Shown here: one piece after another, positions 54,845-64,000 of the stretch | How positions within the stretch are numbered: the first letter of the stretch is position 1 | Layout: each line of letters starts with the position of its first letter | Source of the DNA: the human T2T-CHM13v2.0 reference genome, Homo sapiens | Length of the DNA: 64,000 nucleotides | Assembly (NCBI RefSeq): GCF_009914755.1 | Contig: NC_060938.1 | Strand: one strand, 5' to 3' | Program-made: the position numbers and the translations under genes | Notes under the pieces: model-generated | Database searches by the model: none | Told to the model about the DNA's origin: nothing | What the model saw: only the letters and a program-made list of their open reading frames with translations

Positions 54845-55513
54845 CTCATGTGGATGCTTGTAAGCAACACTACCCACCACAAACAGTATATTCAGTATGC
54901 TACCTTCTCCCTCACTTGTGGATGCCCATGGACAATACTACCCATCAGAAAGTATATTCAATATGCTACCTTCTCCCTCACTTGCGGATGCCCGTGGACA
55001 ATACTATCCACCACAGAGAGTATATTCAATATGCTGCCTTCTCCCTCACTTGTGGATGCCTGTGGACAATATACTACCCACCACAGAGAGTATATTCAAT
55101 ATGCTACCTTCTCCCTCACTTGTGGATGCCCATGGACAATACTACCCACCACAGAGAGGATATTTAATATGCTATCTGCTCCCTTACTTGTGGATGCCCA
55201 TGGACAATACTACCCACCACAGAGAGGATATTCAATATGCTGCTTTCTCCCTCACTTTTGGATGCCCATGGACAATATTACCCATCAGAGAGTATATTCA
55301 ATATGCTGCCTTCTCCCTCACTTGTGGATGCCTATGGACAACACTACCAACCACAGAAAGTATATTCAATATGCTACCTTCTCCCTCACTTGCGGATGCC
55401 TGTGGAGAATATACTACCCACCACAGAGAGTATATTCAATATGCTACCTTCTCCCTCATATGGATGCCCATGGACAATACTACCCACCACAGAGAGTATA
55501 TTCAATATGCTAC
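54845..55513. repeat. 68-bp minisatellite, left arm (about 10 units)
   Basis: ctaccttctccctcacttgtggatgcccatggacaatactacccaccacagagagtatattcaatatg and variants. Confidence 0.97.
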
Positions 55514-57084
55514 TGTGTCCAGAATTGGTGGGTTCTTGGTCTCACTGACTTCAAGAATGAAGCCGTGGACCCCTGCGGTGAGAGTTACAGTTCTTAAAGG
55601 CGGCGTGTCCAGAGTTTGTTCCTTCTGATGCTCGGATGTGTTCTGAGTTTCTTCCTTCTGGTGGGTTCATGGTCTCACTGGCTTCAGGAGTGAAGCTGCA
55701 GACCTTCACGGTGAGTGTTACAGCTCTTAAGGTGGTGCGTCTGCAGTTGCTCATTCCTCCTGGTGGGTTCTTGATCTCACTGGCCTCAGGAGAGAAGCTG
55801 GAGACCTTCGCAGTGAGTGTTACAGCTCATAAAGGCAGTGTGCCCCCAAACAGTGAGCAGCAGCAAGAGTTATTGCAAAGAGCGAAAGAACAAAGCTTCC
55901 ACAGTGTGGAAGCAGACCCCAGCAGGTTGCCACTGCTGGCTTGGGCAGCCTGCTTTTATTCCTTTATCTGGCCCCACCCACATCTTGCTGATTGGTCCAT
56001 TTTACAGACAGCTGATTGATCTGTTTTACAGAGAGCTGATTGGCCCATTTTGACAGGGTGCTGATTGGTGCATTTGCAATCCCTGAGCTAGACACAAAAG
56101 TTCTCCGAGTCCCCACTAGATTAGCTAGACACAGAGCACTGATTGGTGCATTCACAAACCTTGAGCTAGACACAGGGCGTTGATTGGTGTGTTCACAAAC
56201 CTTGAGCTAGACACAGAGTGCTGATTGGTGCATTTACAATCCCTTAGCTAGACATAAAGGTTCTCCAAATCCCCACCAGATTAGCTAGATATAGAGTGCT
56301 GATTGGTGCATTTACAAACCTTGAGCTAGACACAGAGCGCTGATTGGTGTGTTTACAAACCTTGAGCTAGATACAGAGTGCTGATTGGTGCATTTACAAT
56401 CCCTCAGCTAGACATAAAAGTTTTCCAAGTCCCCACTACACTCAGGAGCCCAGCTGGTTTCACCCAGTGGATCCCGCACTGGGGCCGCAGGTGGAGCTGC
56501 CCGCCAGTCCCGCACCATGCCCCCGCATTCCTCAGCCCTTGGGTGGTTGATGAGACTGGGCGCTGTGGAGCAGGGGGCAGCGCTTGTCAGGGAGGCTCGG
56601 GCTGCACAGGAGCGCACGGCAGGGGGGAGGCTCAGGCATGGCGGGCTGCTGGTCCCGAGCCTTGCCCCATGGGGAGGCAGCTGAGGCCCAACGAGAATTC
56701 GAGTGCAATGCTGGTGGGCCAGCACTGCTGGGGGACTGGACGCACCCTCCACAGCTGCTGGCCTGGGTGCTAAGCCCCTCACTGCCTGGGGCTGGTGGTG
56801 CCAGCTGGCCACTCCGAGTGTGGGGCCTGCCTAGCCCATGCCAACCCAGAATTCGCGCTGGCCCACAAGCACAGTGTGCAGCCCCAGTTCCCTCCCGTGC
56901 CTCTCCCTCCACACTTCCTGCAAGCTGAGGGAGCCGGCTCTGGCTCTGGCCTCGGCCAGCCCAGAAAGGGGCTCCCATAATGCAGCAGCGGGCTGAAGGG
57001 CTCCTCAAGTGTGGCTAGAGTGGGCGCCAAGGCTGAGGAGGCACCAAGAGCGAGTGAGGGCTGCCAGCACGCTGTCACCTCTCA
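55514..57084 (-). mobile_element. LTR12C (HERV9) solo LTR, full length
   Basis: The reverse complement begins TGAGAGGTGACAGCGTGCTGGCAG and ends ...CCCACCAATTCTGGACACA. 1571 bp, 4-bp TSD ctac, internal ctgattggtg repeats. Confidence 0.96.
55985..56395 (-). promoter_or_regulatory. CCAAT (NF-Y) box array of the LTR12C U3 enhancer/promoter
   Basis: Nine ATTGG motifs (CCAAT on the - strand) in tandem subrepeats, upstream of an ataaaa TATA-like motif on the - strand near 55955-55960. NF-Y use by LTR12 is established, but activity of this copy is untested. Confidence 0.6.
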
Positions 57085-58181
57085 CTACCTTCTCCCTCAC
57101 TTGTGGATGTCCATGGACAATGCTACCCACCACAGAGAGTATATTCAATATGCTACCTTCTCCCTCACTTGTGGATGCCCATGGACAATACTACCCACCA
57201 CAGAGAGTATATTCAATATGCTACCTTCTCCCTCACTTGAGGATGCCTGTGGACAATACTACCCACCACAGAGAGTATATTCAATATGCTGCCTTCTCCC
57301 TCACTTGTGGATGCCCATGGACAATATACTACCCACCACAGGGAACATATTCAATGTGCTACCTTCTCCCTCACTTGTGGATGCCCGTGGACAATACTAC
57401 CCACCACAGAGAGTATATTCAATATGCTACCTTCTCCCTCACTTGAGGATGCCTGTGGACAATACTACCCACCACAGAGAGTATATTCAATATGCTGCCT
57501 TCTCCCTCACTTGTGGATGCCCATGGACAATATACTACCCACCACAGGGAACATATTCAATGTGCTACCTTCTCCCTCACTTGTGGATGCCCGTGGACAA
57601 TACTACCCACCACAGAGAGTATATTCAATATGCTACCTTCTCCCTCACTTGAGGATGCCTGTGGACAATACTACCCACCACAGAGAGTATATTCAATATG
57701 CTGCCTTCTCCCTCACTTGTGGATGCCCATGGACAATATACTACCCACCACAGGGAACATATTCAATGTGCTACCTTCTCCCTCACTTGTGGATGCCCGT
57801 GGACAATACTACCCACCACAGAGAGTATCTTCAATATGCTGCTTTCTCTCTCACTTGTGGATGCCCATGGACAATACTACCAACCACAGAGAGTATATTC
57901 AATATGCTACCTTCTCCCTCACTTGTGGATGCCTGTGGACAATATACTACCCACCACAGAGAGTATATTCAGTATGCTGCTTTCTCCCACACTTGTGGAT
58001 ACCTGTGGACAATACTACCCACCACAGAGAGTATATCTAATATGCTACCTTCTCCCTCCCTTGCAGATGCCTGTGGACAATATACTACCCATCACAGAGA
58101 GTATATTCAATATGCTGCCTTCTACCTCACTTGCAGATGCCTGTGGACAATATACTACCCACCACAGAGAGTATATTCAAT
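57085..58181. repeat. 68-bp minisatellite, right arm (about 16 units) with a 206-bp higher-order repeat
   Basis: Same unit as the left arm. The diagnostic ttgagg variant occurs at 57237, 57443 and 57649 (period 206 = 68+70+68). Confidence 0.97.
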
Positions 58182-58668
58182 TTCTGAAAGCCCAATTTGA
58201 AGAGGAGGTTCATCGAGAAATCAGTCAGCCAGCATCCAAATGGATAGTCAGCAAGTTAAAGAAGGGTAGAAGGTTTAGAAAGCAGACACAGCAAAACAGA
58301 GCCAAAGGTTTTCAACCATCCCTGGGAAAGGAGCTGCTGATATATCTATGGGAAACGGTAAATGTATGTGTTCTATATTTGAGCAAATTGGTGTAGAGCA
58401 ACAAATCCCCTGGCTGCCCAAGACTGCAGGTATTAGGTCCTCTCCAACCCTGGTGTCATGCTGTGGCTTTATGCTGGAGCTCTGCCATAACACTGCTACG
58501 TATCGACGATGCTGATGGGTCACACACAGAATTCATCTTCTTGGTAACATGTTGATAATTTCATGCACCTCGTGGAAAAAACACATTGAGGAAGATGAGC
58601 TTCATTTGAAAGGAAAAAAGAGATTAGTTTTAGTACAAATTGTCATTCATTAATCCACTAATGGATAA

Positions 58669-59019
58669 CTCAGAGCTTGTCTCTGCAGAGCCATTTCTGA
58701 CTTGGTCAGAAAAAGAAAAAAAAGACAGAAAAGAAAGCAATTGCACAATGATTCAGCTTGCGATTTAACATTCAACAGCCTAACAAATGCATTCAGTGAA
58801 AATCGAGCCTTATTAAGCCCTCCTGACTTTGACAAAGTGCTTCGGCTGCAGACAGATGCCTCTGACACTAGACTTGAGGCACTGCTCTCTCTGATAATGA
58901 AGGAAGAGCAACACCCAAAGATGTATAAACACAAGGAACTTTTAAAAGAGAAACTCTGTAACTTTCTATTTCAAAAAAGTCTTTGTCTTCGAAGTCTGTC
59001 TATGTGGCAGGCTTGTTGA
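58669..59019 (+). mobile_element. Degenerate Ty3/Gypsy pol fragment (RT connection / RNase H N-terminus)
   Basis: Translation ISDLVRK...CDLTFNSLTNAFSENRALLSPPDFDKVLRLQTDASDTRLEALLSLIMKEEQHPKMYKHKELL parallels the Gypsy pattern LTDLTRK...C..AF..LK.AL...PVL..PDF.KPF.LQTDAS..GLGAVLSQ....EEHPV.Y.SRKL. Confidence 0.7.
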
Positions 59020-60751
59020 AATTTTCTTCCTAAACAAAATCCGAACGATAGAAAAGCAAAGTTTGTATTGAGAGAATATTTTACTGAGGAGTTTAATCAG
59101 CATTACGATCATGTTCTTGAGGCATTTACATATATACTGAATATAACACACTATGCTGAAATCACTGTAGTGAATAGTAAATTATTATGCTTGGATGTGT
59201 ATATGACTTTATTAAAAAAACTACTCCTTAAACTCTAAGAATTTTTAAATCTAATATAATGGAATAGAGACATTTAGTTGTTTTTCAAATGGAGAAGAGA
59301 TTTATTGAAAGACAAACATACCCAAGTTTTAACTTTTGCTATTTGGCTCATTATTTTCTCATTTTGGTTCTCTTCATTTGCATTTGAATGTGTTTTTCTT
59401 CCTCAGAACATTTCTATTTTATATTTTACTTTTAGTAGCATGTAGTGTTCATATAATTGCCCCATATTTTTAATGTTGAAACATTCTCTTAATAATCTGT
59501 TGAACCATCCTTCCTCTTCTCTCCTGCCACAGCCTACCTGAAGGGGCCTGCTAACACATTTGGATGGAATCCTTTTGTTCTGTCACCCACACTCTGGTCC
59601 CAGCAGTGCCGGTGGGAAGATACACGGGACCATGACTGCCCACAGGTTGCCCACTCAAGCCACTCTCTGTAATTGGCCTAATGAAGGTGTTATGCAACAC
59701 TGTGACAAATGTTAACTTTAGGTACCCTGCCACTCTACAAATCAAAGAAATGAATTCATAAGACATCGTTTTGATGGTGGGGGCATTTCTGATAGAATGT
59801 GAGATTATTAGGGAATCTCAGGGGCATTAAGTTTGAAAGTAAAATCATTAGATCCATCCAAATGAATGGGGCTGATATTGGGAGAATGCATGTATGTGCG
59901 CAGCTTGTCTTTCCCCCACAGTCCCTAAAATTGGAAACACACCACCAAGAGGAAGTAATAACACTGCAGTTCAATATTCAAAGTCAGATTTTTACTCGTA
60001 TTGATGATTTTTAACATTTTGGAATATCACTTTATGCCTCCACCTGAAAGTTGTTATAATACCAGAATTCCAGGGCTGTGTTCACTGCAGTGTTTTATAA
60101 AAGCAATATTTTTCTTAGTTATTTTAAGGGGGTGTAAAATGAAAAAAAATTATGGCAGGGATAGTTTTTTAGTCTCCTTCCAAATCAACAATCCATATTT
60201 TTTCCTAACTCTCACTGGTTGGATATTCTTTCACTGCAGGATTATCAGCTAGTAAATACCTCATAGGAGGGGAAAAAAATCTCCTTCAGACTTAATTCAC
60301 ATTATTTGAGTTCTTACCTTGCATCTCTAAATTTCCACCCTTTTTCTCATCTCTTTAGTAAGGAAATGAGATAGCATCTTTTGAAAAGGGAACACCCAAA
60401 GTCATTTCTCAGTCCTTGAGATGTTTCTGAAACAGATCAATGCCCATCAACATTGCTGCTCTAGCTCCCAGTCATTCTTGGTGATAAAGAAGAAGAGAGG
60501 ACACACATGGCTGGCTGCCTGCCTGTCTAGAGAGAGGGATGGGTTATCTTAATAGCGTTCATTCCAAATCTACAGTGTATGTCATGGTTGTTTGGCCAGA
60601 AATGCAGTATATCTGTATTTCCAATATCACTCAGGAAGTTGTCAGCAAAATATGGTGTTTGAATTATATCATAGAATCATAGCAAGAGGCTTCCAGTGCT
60701 CCCCAGAAGGGTTTTGACATCTTATCATTGTTTATCTGCACCTCTATAATG

Positions 60752-61149
60752 TGTTAAAATAAAAACCTTAGCCAAATTAAATTCAACAGAATTTAACTGA
60801 GCAAAGAGCAATTCGCCAATCGGGCAGCCTCCCAAATCAGAGAAGGCTGAGAGAGACTCCAGCACAGCCACGTCGTAGCAGATTTATGGACAGAGAAAGG
60901 AAAGTGATATACCGAAAATGGAAACCAGCTACAGAAACAGCTGGATTGGTTACAGCTCAGTGTTTGCCTTATTTGAATGTGGTTTGAACAGCTGGCCCCC
61001 TTTGATTGACCAAAACTCAGCAATTGGCACAAAAGTAGGTTACAATCTGTTTACACCTCCCTTTAGATTATAGTTCACTATGTACAGAGAAACCTTTAGG
61101 CTGAACAGAAAATATGTAAGGAGGCAGTTAGGCTAAACTTGATTCAACA
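60752..61149 (-). mobile_element. MER57-family ERV1 solo LTR
   Basis: The reverse complement begins tgttgaatcaagtttagcctaactgcctccttacatatt. About 400 bp with TG...CA termini. Confidence 0.85.
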
Positions 61150-63841
61150 GATTCATAGTGTTGTTGATGCCTAGGGTCTTATTACAAACAAAAATTCACA
61201 ATTTTTCTATATGTCATACCAAATTTTGGCCCTATAGTTTCTGTCCAGCCTCTTGGTTAAGTTCAAACTTACCATAGATACTTTAATGTGATTGCATAAC
61301 CAATTAATCTTTTTTTATTCATTCCAACAAACACAAATGTTATCCATTTACATGTAGACAGGCAGGCTGGACTTTCGGCACTGGGGCAGGGCATGTTATC
61401 AGTTAAGTGCAATAAAATGTTAAAAGAATCAAATGATAGAAATGTATAACAGGAACACTGAATGGGAAGCACAGAGTAAATATCAGCGAATTCTACCCTG
61501 TTCCAGAAATGTTAAAACTTATAAAGTGCTACCCGTTAGTGTCTTCATAGTGCTTACAGGAAATGCATTCAATATTAGTTCCATGTCTTTAAAAAGACTG
61601 TTTTGAAAAAATATAAATCAGGTTATTCCATGGTAATGATGTTACTTTAATAAACTAATGACATGTATGGGTGCTAATACAATGGGTATTATTAGTGTAT
61701 TAACAAAGCAACCAATTAAAGATGTAGAGTTTTCAAATAAACTTCAGGAAAGCATTGATGAACACACGGCGCCCACTCAGGAAGCAGTGCAGACTACTTA
61801 TCTGTTGTCTCCGGGCAAAGGATTCATTCTTCTGAAGCTATTTAGGCTAATATCTATTATTCCTTTCTATATTCTACTAATACTAGAGTCATTTAAGTTT
61901 ATTCATTGGCTCCAACAAACAGTATTTAAGCTAATGATGGCATTCAATGGAATCAAGAAGCATGTAAACATCACAGTCACAAGCTAATCTTGGGATAGTT
62001 CCTCCATTCACAAAAGAATCTATCTAGCTCTGACTTTTGAAGTGTACCATAATTCTTGGAAGACAATGGAAGCCGACTCTTGACATAAGACATATAAAAG
62101 TTGGTGATTTCAAAAAAGTTTCCCAATTTCTTCATCAATAGCTCATCCAGTCAGTGCAGTAAAGGAAAATAGATGAGTTCTCAGATAAGACTAAACTATA
62201 GAAGAGATGGACGAAACCTGTTTTATTACTGAAATAAGTCATTTTTAAATTACCTTGTCATTTATAGTGGGTTTAGCTTCTCTTAATTTGTAACATGAAT
62301 TATCATATTTTACTGTTCAAAATATTGAACAGAGAATCAATGCCAAGGCAATATTACCCTTAAAACACTACTATTTTTTAAAAATCTTCAACTATTAGAC
62401 TTGTCTCAAATAAATAACTTTTCTATCATGTTCATTTATAACTACGAAAGTGTGTATAGGTCTTGAAGTATTATAAAAGCTATTGGACTTGCTCTCAGCT
62501 AAAGAAACCACGGTTTAGGCATGCATGGGCATTATTATCTCAGCATCAACAACAAAAATGTTAACTTACAGAAATATTTTGTTAACAACTTAGGTAACCA
62601 AGCTTTTAAATGCAATATAAAGCAATCTTTGAAAGTGCTTTAGTGTGGGGAACAAAGGATTGAATAGTATAGCTAACGCTAAAAGTCATTAGAAGCCATT
62701 ATATTTTAAACTATCATGAACAACAACTAAAAAATATTCAGTAGACTGAGTCTCCACTTAGTTAATGAAGCACGTGTTTCTACATGTTCCATGAATATAA
62801 CAATGCCTACATTCAGTGCTGCAAAGAAATCAAAAACACTAAAACATTGACCCTCAGAGTCTCTCAAGTGGTAACGCCAATAATCTTCACTAGCAGATAT
62901 AGAAAATACCACATAGAGGTAAAATGAATAAACACCTGGCCATTTAGTCCAATGCATTTGCCTGTAGCTGTGGCCTCCACTTGTTTCTTGTTACAAACAA
63001 ACTCTAGTCCCTCTAAATCACACAGTCTTTAGAACAGAGAAACTTCCAGAGTTAAAATGGCTGTGGGTCTTGTTTTCATGAATGCATTTCTCTAATGTGG
63101 TCATAATTGTTGCCTTCAAGACCTTCTCTACAGGCTTGTGGATTATTTTTAACAACACCCTTTCTGGATTTTTATTTTTACTATAAATTTTTAAAGTTTT
63201 TGACTTTATTATTACACAGAATAGCCTGGACATTAGGATTTTTTAAAGAAGCTTCCTGGGTGATTCCATGTGTGACATTTGTAAACAATTAGTCTACACT
63301 ACATTTTCTGTTAAAAAATAAATGAAAGTACAGAAAAGTCTAAATTTGTTAGGTAATTGGCTTAATTATTTAATGCACAAAGTAAGTTTTAGGCTTCACA
63401 TAAGTTAATCAACAGAAATGTAGTTTCCACGAGATGTCATTATAATCTCTCTATAGTTAATATGCTAACATTGTGAGGTAAGATCAATGCCCTTTGAAAC
63501 TAGAATGTAAACACACTCTTTCTAGAGTTAACCAGTGTTATTTTTATACCTTGCGTCAACCTTTCCACACCTCCACCCGCCAACAACCCTCCCCTAAACA
63601 TGACTCCTTCCTGCTTCATTCCAGGTGGATGGCCCTTTAAGCTTTCACTAGGTGCAAGTATCTTGACTGTGTAATTCACAGACTGGCAAAGCAGCTGGTT
63701 TCAGGAGTGATAACACCAGTCACTACAAGGTTACAATATCTCTTCTAAAGGGCAGGGGCTTCCCAGAAAATTTCATTCATGCTCTCAGTTCTGCCTGTGG
63801 GGTAAAGCGAACTAATTTTACTCAGTCTTCTGTGTAAAAGC

Positions 63842-64000
63842 TGCTACCCTTCCAATGTTTGTCCCTCCAAAACTCATGTTGAAATTTCACTGTCATTGTG
63901 ATGATATTGGGAGGTGGGACCTTTAAGAGGTGCTTAGATCATGAGGGCTCTGCCTTCGTGAATGAGCTAGTGCTGTTATGCAGAAGCAGGTCTCCCTCTC
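63842..64000 (+). mobile_element. MST (C/D-like) or MLT1A MaLR LTR, runs off the window
   Basis: aatgtttgtccctccaaaactcatgttgaaattt...gggaggtgggacctttaagaggtg..tagatcatgagggctctgcc. Confidence 0.8.

Noticed and set aside
23803-58181. Tandem arrays as CRISPR-like loci
   Set aside because: Units abut directly with no unique spacers, there are no cas genes, and the context is primate genomic DNA. These are minisatellites.
54830-58396. Long ORFs (213-304 aa) in the 68-bp array and ORFs within LTR12C
   Set aside because: The peptides cycle through the three frames of a stop-poor 68-bp unit. The LTR ORFs are GC-rich non-coding LTR sequence.

Overview
This is primate genomic DNA, most likely human or great ape: it carries AluJ/AluS SINEs, THE1 and MER61-like LTRs, and a full-length LTR12C. 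It reads as intergenic or deep-intronic sequence. I cannot support any protein-coding exon, RNA gene or CRISPR array, and almost all listed ORFs come from Alus, LTRs, minisatellites or low-complexity DNA. The window is a patchwork of transposon fossils (Alu, MIR, L2, old L1M, MaLR/ERVL/ERV1 LTRs, hAT and Tigger DNA transposons) with many local tandem duplications and minisatellites (units of 23-97 bp). The most notable items are: (1) a degenerate but collinear Ty3/Gypsy RT-connection/RNase H reading frame at about 58.7-59.0 kb (PDFDK..LQTDASD..L.A.LS....EEQHP), a lineage long inactive in mammals; (2) a solo LTR12C inserted with a 4-bp TSD into a 68-bp minisatellite whose two arms then diverged, one forming a 206-bp higher-order repeat; (3) a 1.3-kb CpG-rich 54-bp VNTR; (4) an internally deleted two-LTR ERVL provirus (LTR47-like) with a tRNA-Arg-type PBS, a PPT, gag/pol remnants and three tandem repeats grown inside it; (5) a head-to-head inverted Alu pair only 38 bp apart. 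Repeat family names are from my recall of consensus sequences, not from a database search. I do not see evidence for a wholly new biological system; the Gypsy remnant is the best lead.
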